A stretch of DNA of 62,986 nt, the filler included, from Octopus bimaculoides (Eukaryota), in NCBI RefSeq assembly GCF_001194135.2. It is 4 parts of 4 records of this genome, joined end to end, with 100 filler letters (N's around TTAATTAATTAA, not from the genome) between each part and the next. Parts side by side here need not be neighbours in the genome. Positions count along the whole stretch, not along the records: positions 25,908 to 55,587 come from NC_068984.1; 3 more parts are not named here. The stretch is one strand, 5' to 3'. Below, piece by piece: positions 36,270 to 47,960 of this stretch. The notes beneath the pieces are model-generated. The model had not been told where the DNA came from. It did no database searches and worked only from the letters and a program-made list of their open reading frames with translations. A program made the position numbers and the translations under genes. Numbering within the stretch: position 1 is the stretch's first letter; each line of letters begins with the position of its first letter.

Positions 36270-37560
36270 GAAAAGTCTTGCATAATTTTACAATTCTACT
36301 GATACATATTTGTCATGTGCGAGTTTGGTAATTTCTTTTTCTGAAAACCCTACCTTAACTGGATTGTCACTTAGACATTTACTCATATAATAAAATGCAC
36401 TGATTATTAATGGTAAAATTGTGAATTTAAAATCTGAATATAGAAGCTGGAGGTTTCAAAGCAGTTGCCCATAGTTATCCTCTTTTGCTTTATTTTCAAA
36501 GAGATATTCACATCAGCAGGACAGGTGACCTCTGTGATGGTACATATTTCTTGTCTGTTCCAAACAACAATATCCAACATCTTATATTTATACTTGACAG
36601 ATGTTTTGATGGGAATATTCCCCCATTATTCCTGGTGTTGATATTTGTGTATATATTCAATGACAGGAGTATTCTCTATAATGGCATTGTATATTGCTTT
36701 TGCAACAGTGTCGAGTTGCATTGAGAGTTAGTACTTTGATGACATTTTTGAGCAGGTGCTAATCACATGTGTGATGTCTTCCACAGATGATATACGGCAT
36801 AATCTACATTTTCAGTTGCATCTTGGAACTCCAATGGCTTCACTGTCTTTTTTGTTTATTAGGAATTTAGTAGCAATTTCCTATTCTTCAGTTGCAAATG
36901 CATAGCATTCAAAGTGTGATGTGATGTAGTAGCCACAAGTCCAAGAGAGGTTATGCTTCATGTCAATATTACTGTCGTCTTCAAGTCTTTGGAACCATGC
37001 ATGGTCTTTGTTGAGCATTTCACATCCAGATCTTCTTGGTATGTTAGTCCACCTGATCTTCTTGAGGTATGTTAGTCCACCTGTTTTGATGTTATCTGGA
37101 AGAGTTTGCTTCCAGAGGAGCCGGCTGTCAGCATGTACAATATTGTTCTCTTCATTTTTCAGCACTGAGTTAATGTATTTATTTTTTCTGCTGTTGTGTA
37201 GCAAGTGCTGCCTGAGAGAGACTGTACAACACTGAAAGACTGTCTGCACTGACTTCAAGACTTTACCTTCTTCATCTCTTAAGTTAAGTCTGTCACTAGC
37301 ACCATTTCTATGGAGATTTCCAGTTGATGTCAGTATTTCTAAAAATGAGACATGTCAAATTTCCTGCTTCTTCACCTGATATCACTTCTTGGTGCATCAC
37401 CCTCCATGTCACAGTTGAACTGAACAGCAGCAATTTTGATACTTCTATTTCCAAGCCTTTTGTGCTCTTTTTCAACTATAACCTAGCAGAACAACTTCAA
37501 CAAATAAGAATCGGTCATTTCTCCACTCACAGTCTCAGCCGTCTTAACCAACAAAACATG
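36270..37560 (-). mobile_element. R4/Dong-like non-LTR retrotransposon 3' remnant (restriction-like endonuclease type)
   Basis: GNLHRNGASDRL; ITSHFECYAF; CCHC motif CRLC...EDITHVISTCSKM; endonuclease region LDIVVWNRQEICTITEVTCPADVNISLKIKQK; many stops and frameshifts. Confidence 0.75.
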
Positions 37561-38159
37561 TTTAAACTGAATGAATAAACAACTTGCTGTAATCTCCATT
37601 TCACTAAATTACAAGCGCATGTTATTCCCTTCTCTTTTAACTCAGCAACACTTACCCACTTCTGCCACATCTGACACTCAACACTCAACTGATTACACAC
37701 ATGAACATATGTATAATTCATTTCCTACAATCACATTTATATAAACCTTACTTTTATTAATGTTGTAATTTGAAACTTGTAACATTTCCTTGCATGAACA
37801 ACAGTATATTTTCAAACCAGTATTTTCACAATCTTTGAAAGGACACCTAATGGTTTACTAATTTCAGTTATATTGCCATTAGACCGGAAGAGATCTACAC
37901 TTCTGGATTTACGTAGAAAATAAAGGACTACAACTATAATTAAATTATTGTTATTATTTATAACCATTCATATTTTCTACACATCCTAATCATAAGTTAA
38001 TCCAGAAAATATCATTTTACATCATCATTTTGTAAATTCTAGTAACTATTTGCAATCTATTGTTTTTCAAATTTCTGCAATGGTTAACTTATTTTATTCT
38101 AAATGATATTGCATTTTATAGTAAAGAATAAAAAGTTTAGAATGGTACAACAATGCACT

Positions 38160-38705
38160 ATAAAACAAAAAATGGACTATATACCTGTTGTAATTTGGTT
38201 ATCTATAGTCCGATGATATTTCGGAATTACAGTTCCTTCTTCAGATCTTCTTAGATGGAGTCTCTGCTATAAACTGTTTTCCAACGGTTTTCTTTTTTTC
38301 GGAAGCGTCTCAGTAGTGGTCTCACAAAGCTTCTTCCGGAATTCCTCATGAGAAGTGTGTGAGGTCGGTTATGTTTCAATCTCGTGTGTGTTGGTACATC
38401 TGTGGCGCTGCTTCTAAGTTATGTGTTATACGTGCAGCTTCTCTTTTTNNNNNNNNNNTGGTACATCTGTGGCGCTGCTTCTAAGTTATGTGTTATACGT
38501 GCAGCTTCTCTTTTTTTTTTGTTATATACAATACATGAGCATGTTATTAAGAATGAACCTACACACATCCAGATGTAGCTAAATAATATATTGATTACCA
38601 ACTTCCATCCTGTTGTTAATTTGGGGTCCTAGTCTGTGTATGAGTAATGCTTCCTTAATTCTTAAATTACCCAAATTTCTTTCAATGGCCTCAATTATGA
38701 CTGTT
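38160..38705 (-). mobile_element. Penelope-like 3' remnant (end of GIY-YIG + 3' UTR/pLTR)
   Basis: 38579-38705 minus reads VIIEAIERNLGNLRIKEALLIHRLGPQINNRME*, a GIY-YIG C-terminus, followed by a UTR with a hammerhead motif. Confidence 0.65.
38201..38256 (-). ncRNA. Type I hammerhead ribozyme (minimal, PLE-type)
   Basis: ATCTAagaaGAT-CTGAAGA-a-GGAActgtaaTTCC-GAA-ATAT-C-ATCggactaTAGAT: intact core, 4-bp stem II, palindromic ATAT stem III, AUC cleavage triplet, stem I with an internal loop. Confidence 0.75.
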
Positions 38706-38758
38706 ATGCTTTTGTCAGTGTTCCAGCATCTACTACATCACACACACACACACACACA

Positions 38759-38937
38759 CAAGGGGGTGTTGAAAAGTTCCTGGCTTTAAGGGTATCGTGA
38801 AAGGCCAGGCTTAGAAAAACTGAAGAACTGCTGCAATAAGCATGTGAATGTGAGAGGGGAATATGTTGAATAATTAACTTATGAATGCTGCTGTATTTTC
38901 TTTTAACCAAAGCCAGGAACTTTTCAGTACTCCTTTG
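38759..38937. mobile_element. Tc1/mariner-type MITE, copy 3 (opposite orientation)
   Basis: TIR gggggtgttgaaaagttcctggctt / aagccaggaacttttcagtactcc. Confidence 0.75.
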
Positions 38938-39239
38938 TATATCACACATACACACATTCATACATACATAAGGAAAGACCTTGCAGAGTCAACCCCACTC
39001 TCTAAGCAACATATGTATTAGTCAAAACAGAACTAGTTTATATTATTGGATGCAAGCAAAGAGTTTTCATTCTTCTATAGAAATATCCAATAAGAAATAT
39101 AAAGAAAAAAGCTAGCGGGCTCTCGCTTCCAGCTGTTGAATGGTCATCGACTCTATTGAGTTCATCCACCTCTTGACAGTTTGTTTTGTTTTTCATCCTG
39201 CAGGATGTCCAACGACAAACCACTTCCTTATCAAGCAAG

Positions 39240-42000
39240 CTTAAGTAGGTCGCTAGTTTAGTGGTCGACAGCCCGACCAAGCGACAGGTTGTACTGGGTG
39301 AATGTTACCAATAACACGAAGGGTCTTCTGTCAGCTTTTCAATCAAGAAGAATTCGAAATCTACCGCTGGATTTTGAAAGATATGCTTAACTGCATCGTT
39401 GCTTACAAATACGTGAGTCCAGGTTTTGATATCGAGTGGAACAAAAGGGTTAATCGACTGCAGTCTCGTTTATAAATGGAGGTAACTCTGCCGTGTAATT
39501 TCGCAGATAACATGTAATTTCGTAGCCAATGTCATTTGACCAGGCAGTTTAAGTGCCAGACTATATAGCAATTCTGCCGGGAAGTTACCTAGACCTTCCT
39601 TAACAGTGGTATGTAAACCTTGTAACGCAGTTGGCGGGGCTTCTAACCATCTAGCCAAATCGGAATGTACTTGTAAAGCTGTTGATGAAAACGTTCTAAC
39701 ATCAGAGGTGAAGCCAGGTTCTAAAGTTAGGAAGAATGAGCACATAAAAAAAGAGGCACCGCGACACATACCAGTTTTTAACTCATTTCTTTTATATTAT
39801 GCGAAATATTTCATTAGTTGTAATATACGCAATTTTATTCTACATTAATTAATTTCATTATGTATGAAACTTATAACTACTGATATAAGTGTGACGTGAA
39901 AAAGATGAAACTACTCGGGATCGTCCAGTGTCAAGAGGTTATAATGTTAGGATTTGTTTTGGTTTTTCAGATGTCAGCAGACACTAACACAGGAGACTGA
40001 GCAGATAGTTAAAAAAAAAAAAAAAAAACACAGGAAGTTGGTCAAATAAAATAATGACTCCACGGCCATGTGGTCGACAAAAATAGATTTGACTTTTATT
40101 GCACAAGTGACCTAAACAGTTTTTAAAAACTGTTGAAAAGACGCCAATTTCGAAAAATGTTCTTGAGAGAACCGTCTCTCCCCTTGCTCCCCTATTAGCT
40201 ATACCACTGTCTATCATTCCGTTATACTTGGGTTGATCAGCGGTATTGCGAATTCGATGTGTACCTAGCAAGTCAGATAGGTTGGCGAAAAGATTTGATT
40301 TGAATTGACGACTTCTTTTGGTTGTTATTGTCATAGAAGTACCAAAACGTGAAAGCCATTCGACCATTAGGGCTTTGTAACTGCAAAGAATGAAATGTCT
40401 CTAATCGTTATGGCTTCAGATCATCTAGAAAAACGGTCTATACAGGTCAATGCATATGTCAACGGTTTATGATCAGAATAACTGGTGAAGGTTTCTCCTT
40501 TTAAGAAATGTCGAAAAATGTTTCAAGATAAATAAGTGACCAATAATTCTATGCGGAAAGTACTATACCTCGTTTCTGCTGGTTTGAAACGCTTGTAAAA
40601 AAAGGGTAAGAAGTTTGCCAAGCATCTCGAACAAACTGTGGCAGTACCCCCTCCGATTCCAACATCAGATGCATCTGCTATCACTGGTAAAGGAGCGTTT
40701 GGTATCGAGTGGGCTTATAGTGTAACTTCTGTAAACTTTTTTTTCTTCTTTTTGTTTTTGATATAATCAAAAGATTACAATCCAGCTGGATTTAGAGAAA
40801 TAGTTCCTTTTTTTCTTTTAAGATTACGTAACAACTTTGTTAGTAGAAATATGGTCTCTGTACAGTGCTGCATAAATCTTCTATTGAAGTTAATGAGACC
40901 AAGAAATTCTCGCATCTTCTTTAGCAATGCAGATATTTGTAATGGCATCTATTTCTTCCGTTAACGGACGAATTCCGTCTTTATTAGAAATATGTCCCAA
41001 ACACGCTATAGAAGAAACGCCAAAAAGACATTTATAGGGGTTAATTACAACACTGAACAATCTAATAACAATCTAATAAAATAATAACAATCTAATAAAA
41101 AGTTGTTCTAAGTGTTCTTCGTGTTGCTCCCACGTAGGACTAGCAATCAACAAGTCGTTCATATATTGAATATCGAGGGAATTGCTGCTGGGCGAGCTTA
41201 TCTGTTAAAACCTGAATTTTATCTTCTGTTGTCTTAATAAAATATTGCCAACTCAGAAAAAATAGAAGAGACGAAGGTAGGGGGGATAAGCTTCTACATT
41301 ACCAATATTTGAAGAGGAAATATTCATAATAAAATCTACCAAGTCGATCAATTGGGTGGTCGAGCTCTGCTATCTTTTAGGCGTTAAAATGGCTTGCACG
41401 TTTGAAGGGAGGCACAAGAAAAAGTATCGCAACATTGACTCTTCAAATGGATTACCCTCCACTAATTCTCTCATTCTTCTCAACAGTTGAAAAAGTTTCT
41501 TATCCCCTAAAACCTCTTTGTGAAAGAGTGGGTGAAGACATTACTGTTTGGACGTGGAAGTATGTCGCAAAATTTCTGCTTTCATACTTTGATAGGATGT
41601 AGAGTCGGGATGGTTGGTAATCGATCTTTGACTTCACTGCTTAAGGCAGGAAGCAAAACACTGACTAAAAGGTGAAACTGACGCGTGTCCGAAGAAATTT
41701 TATTTGCTGCGAAATTGACTTCGAGTCGAAAAAACTAAAGGGAAGGACCTTCAGTATATGGAGGTGACGTGAAGAACAAAGCAGCTTGAATAGCTAAGCT
41801 ATCACTATTTACAGAAGAAAAGAACGAGGCAGGTGAATTCGCCATTCTTTTTGAACGGAAATTATTTGGAATCACACTAAAGAAAGGATATGAAAATACC
41901 AGCTGTTAAGCGAACTCAGGAAGGTTCTGAATCAACTTCCGCTCCGGAATCACTTTTGAGACAAGAGACTTTCGTCTGTGTTGAAGGGTATACCCAAAAT
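39240..42000 (-). mobile_element. Ty3/gypsy LTR retrotransposon pol remnant (PR-RT-RNaseH-INT), heavily decayed
   Basis: DSGAEV protease (~41940); YMNDLLIAS and INPYKCLFGV...FLGLINF RT; ADASDVGIG...SDHKPLTYA RNase H; LTCIDRFSR...WLSRFG...QFKSNLF...NGMID integrase core; RWLEAP...PAELLY..LKLPGQ. The domain order is that of Ty3/gypsy. Confidence 0.85.
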
Positions 42001-45000
42001 ATGAACTTAATATAACAAACAGTATTCTCAACATCATAACTTGCAGAGGCAGGGGTTGCGATGGTAAAAATTGTATATGTGACGGCGTCTGAACCCTTTA
42101 ATCTTTTCTTCCCGTCGTGGTGAGTTTATATTTACGTATTTAATGAGTATGGTTTGTTTTAACGGCTTTTGCTGGCTATTTCTGAGTCGAATATCATCAA
42201 ATGTGGAAGAGATGAACATCGGTTGTCACCAATTGTCGGAATGTTGTTGGCAGGCTGCGTCATCCGTTCTCACGAATATATTACGGTGCTTCCTCCATGC
42301 TGCTGTGGTAGCTGGTTGAGTTAATGAATGAAAAATATGCTTCTTGGCCGCATGAAGAAGTAACTGAACAACAACTGCGAACATTTAACAAAAGAATTTA
42401 TTGTCGCACATAAAAACAAACTGCGTTGGCCTTTTATTATTATTATATTGCTTTGCAAAACAGAATTTGGAAGGCTTGTAAAAGCGGTATCAAATTCAAT
42501 AGCTTTTGTAAGTGACAGTAATTACTTCGAAAACAAGGCTGTTTGATCAAAAGGTCGATTTACCCAATGTATGATACTGTAGAAAATACCAATTTTAAAA
42601 ACTTCCCAGTCACATCAGAATGCACCTGTAAATATGTAATGTGCTGCTCAATCAGACTTCGTAACTGTTCAATCAGACATACAGTTGTTTGTAGAAAAAA
42701 AAATGGATGTGTAAAGATATCAACAATAATTTAATTATGATGACTGTTTCCTTTTATCTTCTACATAACACGGAAAGTATGGTCCTAGTGCCACAAATAA
42801 TTTTAATAAAAAAAGTGCATGTAGTTCAACAGATTGTGAACGTATTAGTTTGGAAATGATCAATCCCTTTGGAAAAATAGCAAGTTTTTAATCATTGGTA
42901 AAAGTAGGATGCACATAAATATGTTGGAAACATTTATTCGTGTTTTTAAAACCAGTTGAATGTTATATATGGTGCAAACAAGTATATTAATATATATTTC
43001 AAAGGACCGAGTACAATGGAAAAAACTCTCGGCCTTTGAGTAACTTTTGAAAGTTTTCTTCCGGTTAATATACGTATGTATGTATGTATGCATGCATGCA
43101 TGCATGCATATATGTATGAATGTATATATGTATGTGCATGCATACATATATACTACATACATACGCACTCATACAAAGGGGGAGAGGGAGAGAAAACGAG
43201 AGAGAATTAGATATAAATATAGATTTCCACACCCATTCAAATGTGTGTGACATGTGCGTGTCTGTACAGATACATACATACACACATACATACATATACA
43301 CACTCTATGCATATATATGTGTGTGCATGTATATATATGTGTGTGTGTGTATACACATACTGTGTGTGTATACACACACATATGTATACACACAAACAAA
43401 CACACACACATATATAACACTATTTTGGGAGAGTCATTCTGCAGATAAAAAAAAAACACACTATTATAATTCTGTTAATTGATTTTACAAAGTCTTTAAT
43501 TACACATCTGTAACGTTTTCACGCAGGGAACTTTGCACTGAACTGATTGAAAAGGTTACATATGTGTAAAGAATCGCTTGACTAACTACTTAAATGTTAA
43601 ATGTCTGCATGATCAGAGCTGACCTAGGGTTACATAACAACAACGACAGTATTCACTTGTAGCATCTTCACTCTTAACATTATCACAATCAACACCAATA
43701 CCTGCTCACATTCGCCAATATTCATCTACTTCTTCTTACCACCACTTTTATTAACACTTATCAACATTCTCCGACACTCTTCTATCCAACCACCACCACC
43801 ATTACCGGCGACGAAATTATTATCTCTAGCAAAAACAACACCGCCATCACTATCACCACTACCCCAACAATAGTAGCTAACACCAATACCACCACCAATA
43901 ACAACAAAAGCAACAACAAATCAACACTAACACCAAAATCAGCTCCACCTCCGCCAACAACACGAGTGACAACACTACCACGACCATCATTACCCACCAC
44001 CACCACCAACAACAACAACAACACTCATAGTCTTGGAGTCGTTAAGAATGATTGATTAACGCTTGGATTGCAAGAATCGATCAATCCCAGTCATGAAGGA
44101 AGACTGGCATTAATTTCATGGGAAGGACGGACTATGGTGAAGACAACAGCTGTGTGACAAAAGTAGAGGGAAGAGATATACAGAGATATATCGACAAAGA
44201 GAGAGAGAGAGAGAGAAACACAGACAAACAAGTAGAGAAATACAGATCCGAGAAGGATGTGGTGGTGGGCACTTAGAGCTAGTCAAAGATTTACGAGGTG
44301 CAGAAGAAAGAAAGCAGACAGACAGACAGATAAATAGATAGATAGATAGATAGGCGGGCAGGCTAAAAGACAGATAGGCAGACTGACAGAGACAGACAGA
44401 TTATTGCAAAGTACATGTAGGTACCTCTATGTGTGTGTGTGAGAGAGAGAGTGTGTGTGTGTGTGTGTGTGTGTCAGTGAATAAAAAGATANNNNNNNNN
44501 NATTTACGAGGTGCAGAAGAAAGAAAGCAGACAGACAGACAGATAAATAGATAGATAGATAGATAGGCGGGCAGGCTAAAAGACAGATAGGCAGAGACAG
44601 ACAGATTATTGCAAAGTACATGTAGGTACCTCTATGTGTGTGTGTGAGAGAGAGAGTGTGTGTGTGTGTGTGTGTGTGTCAGTGAATAAAAAGATAGATT
44701 TAAAGCAAATGTGAAAGATGCAATCCGAGACGGTTATATGAGAGTGTGACATGTCTCTTTCCTTCTCCCCCCCTCTCTCTCTCATACACACACACATACA
44801 CATATACATATTCAGACGCTGGCGTGGCTCTGTAAATCAGTTCGCTTCATAACCACATGGCTCCAGGTTCAATTCCAATGCGTGTCGCCTTGGGTGAGTT
44901 AATTCTGCCGTAGATTCGGGTTGGCTAATATTTGACGGGTTTCACAGAAGGATATTGTACGGATACCAATCATTATATACATACCTAAGTATATAAAGAT

Positions 45001-46501
45001 GAACACACATACACACGCGCGCGGGCACACACACGTCTATGTTCCACAAAGCAACAACTGAATCTGTCATAATTCCTAAGATAGATATTGGTTTAAAATT
45101 TTGACACAAGGCCAGCAAGATTGGAGCGAGAGGGGAGACTCCAGTGTTCAACTGGTACTTGTTTTATCGATGAAAGGTAAAGTCGACCACGGTGGAATTT
45201 GAACTCAGAACGTTAAGCCGGGCGAAATGCTACTAAGTATTTTGCCCGGCATGCTAAAGATTTTGCCAGCTCGTTGCCTTAACTCCTAAAATTGATGTCG
45301 AATAGATTTGTAAATGTGTCATCGACAAATAATTCCTAGTGAGATTTGGACTTCGAACGCAAAGACTCTGAGCAACTAACACAAGACATTCAATTCGATG
45401 CTGTTAGAATTCACGTAGTCTACTGTCCACGACCAGGAGTTTGAATAGCAAAGTTAAGTTGAGTGGGATTTGAGCTAAGGGTGCAAGAATCTGGTTTAAT
45501 ACTATAAGACATTTCATCTGATATTCTAACGGCACATCTGATATTCTATATATAATGATTAGGAAATATTCACATATGATTACTACTGATGTATATCTAT
45601 TTTTTTTTTTTTTTGACACAACAATAAAATACTCTGCAGGTAAGAGCAATACAAACAATAATAAAAAAAAAAACGTTTCACCTATGAAATTACACATTCG
45701 AAATGGTTAACTGTTGTTAGGATATCCCTGACAAAAACTGAAGTAACTTCGTTCAGTTCGACATTTGTGATTATTACGCTTCGATCATCCGACCTATACT
45801 GAATGATGAAATGTATTTCAGTATAACACCAATACCACAAAAGTAAAATTGAAATCATTCTGTGCGCTCGTCAAATATAATGATTATATAATGTAATGAT
45901 ATTCTAGAATAAGAAATTCAATGATTCCCTTAATATTAGCAAGTTTGCTCAGAACTCAATCAGAAAACATTTCCTAATATCGCAGGTAGTTTTTACTTTG
46001 GCGAAGGGCTTTTAGCCCTAATTAATCGCATCTGATAAATTCAGGAAAACCTCCACAGCTTCTTTAAGGACTTTCGTTTCAGAATAAGCGACGAAATTTA
46101 CTGCAAAATGCAAACTAGCCTGCTGCTAGCCTAGATCGCTTCAATTGTCGTTATCACTCGAGCTACAAACCTAATAAAACGATTATGTCCATAAATACTC
46201 TAATAAATCCGGATATACTATTTATAAGTTAAACCCGAATTTCTCACATAGGCTTATGAACAGATTTTCCAATACAGCTCAATATTATAACCAAGCCTTG
46301 GCTAAATCGGTTCTTTCTGATTTGGCGGACACCATTTGTTTTCTAACGAAACACTTTCAAACTTCGGATACTGGCAGAATGTGTCATATAAACCATCTTT
46401 TTCTCTTAGCCTTGTTAAGAAAAGTTTGTATATTCGAAGTTATTTCATGTTAAAAGTTGTATTTCGGTATTTTCAACCAATCACTGAGGTCTATTGAGGT
46501 G

Positions 46502-46919
46502 AAAACAATTACTGCTGTGGTTTGTCAACAACACGTTGTGGCGGTGTAATGGGATCTTTTCCCTTGAATAAAATTACTGCCGTTGTTTGTCAACAACAAC
46601 TATCGGCGGTACTGTTATTTATGACATCGTTTGTGTGTTTGTACTGGTTTTAGCTTTAGGGTTAGGGTTATGAGTATTTTTGCCAAATTTGGTGAAAAAT
46701 TTGTGGCGGTGTATTGGACAGATTTTCACCAAATATGGCAAAAATACTCATAACCCTAACCCTAAAGCTAAAACCAGTACAAACGCACGAACGATGTCAT
46801 AAATAACAGTACCGCCGATAGTTGTTGTTGACAAACAACGGCAGTAATTTTATTCAAGGGAAAAGATCCCATTACACCGCCACAACGTGTTGTTGACAAA
46901 CCACAGCAGTAATTGTTTT
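46502..46919. repeat. Fold-back inverted repeat, 197-bp arms, 24-bp spacer, containing TTAGGG repeats
   Basis: Arms 46502-46698 and 46723-46919 differ at about 3 positions; outer inverted match at about 46313-46338 and 46952-46978. Confidence 0.95.
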
Positions 46920-47039
46920 AAACTGTTTCGGTAGAAAACACACTAAATAAAAAATGGTGTCCGCCAAATCAGAAAGATCCGCTAAATCTAGTTTCCAGGA
47001 TAAAATTTATTACACGACAGCATCTACCGCATGCACCAA

Positions 47040-47960
47040 TAAAAACAAAAGCATAAAAGTATCACAGTTGTTATGCCATAGGTCGAACTCTTCCTTAATT
47101 AGTTCCTCTTAAACCGTGAACATCACTAGATCTTTTAGAAAAAACACTATCAAAATTTCGTGACACCCTAAATTTTGACTGAAAAATTCCCATATTGTAT
47201 GTAATGCTTGTAAAATTTGTAAACGTTACAAATCTATTAACACACCAACCCGAACAACAGTTCTGATCCCAGCAACTGCTCTCTAGAATCTAATTCTGTG
47301 CGTAAAATGTTTCTGAAGCTTACGCTAGTATAACACAAAGTCTATTTATATCAATATTCTATTTGTACATGAATTCCTTTAAAAATACTTTAGAAACAAA
47401 AGCAGATAAATCTCTTTGGTATCCTACATTTGGTCGTGAGAAAGAATTAGTGTCATATCATTATAATTGGAGCATACTTTCTAGAGAAAAACGTATTACT
47501 AGAGATAATAATTTCTGTAATCTTTACCCTATAGAGGACTACCATATCATTTTCGCTAAAATCTCTGTACTCAATTGCCAATAAGAAAATATTCAGAACT
47601 GCATTCGTAGAATACAAATGTTTTGAACCGAACATATTTCTACACCGCTTACAATGGCCTGCATCTGTTGACCCATTCACAAAGTCTTTCACATAATTAA
47701 TTCATCTCTTCACCTTCACTTTTGTTAATGATTGTAAATTCCACAACGCTATCACAGCATTGTTTTTTTCTTTTTTGATCGTGTGTTCGTTTGTGCCTTT
47801 TTAAAATGTTTTGACTTAGAGTCAGTTACCATTTTAATCGACTTTATTCACATTTCATCTTTGCTTTATTCTAACTCGACATTCTGAAGAGTGTAACGAA
47901 ACAGCATGATCACTCTGTAAATGTCGATTTTATCAAATCAAAACATCTGTGTGTGTGTCA
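47040..47960 (+). mobile_element. Penelope-like 3' remnant (linker + GIY-YIG C-terminus + pLTR)
   Basis: FRKNTIKIS linker motif; YMNSFKN...YHYNWSILSREKR...FCNLYPIEDYHIIF...VLN matches the PLE endonuclease C-terminal pattern (SF...W.IL...C.LC..EK..I...LN). Confidence 0.65.
47876..47927 (+). ncRNA. Type I hammerhead ribozyme
   Basis: TCGACATT-CTGAAGA-GTgtaAC-GAA-ACAGcatgatcactCTGT-A-AATGTCGA: perfect 8-bp stem I, intact core, 2-bp stem II, 4-bp stem III, GUA cleavage triplet. Confidence 0.85.

Noticed and set aside
43782-44024. Hydrophobic (minus) or Thr-rich (plus) ORF
   Set aside because: Degenerate ACC/AAC trinucleotide repeat with no convincing splice sites.
44283-44700. About 190-bp tandem duplication; similar cases at 38393-38515 and 34480-34640
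   Set aside because: Near-exact copies flanking or next to N-gaps, typical of unresolved contig overlaps.
47430-47690. An alternative frame resembling GPCR TM6-TM7-helix 8 (IIIGAYFL...LYSIANKKIFRTAF)
   Set aside because: The other frame fits the PLE endonuclease C-terminus in order and spacing, and a PLE linker upstream and a hammerhead downstream support that reading.
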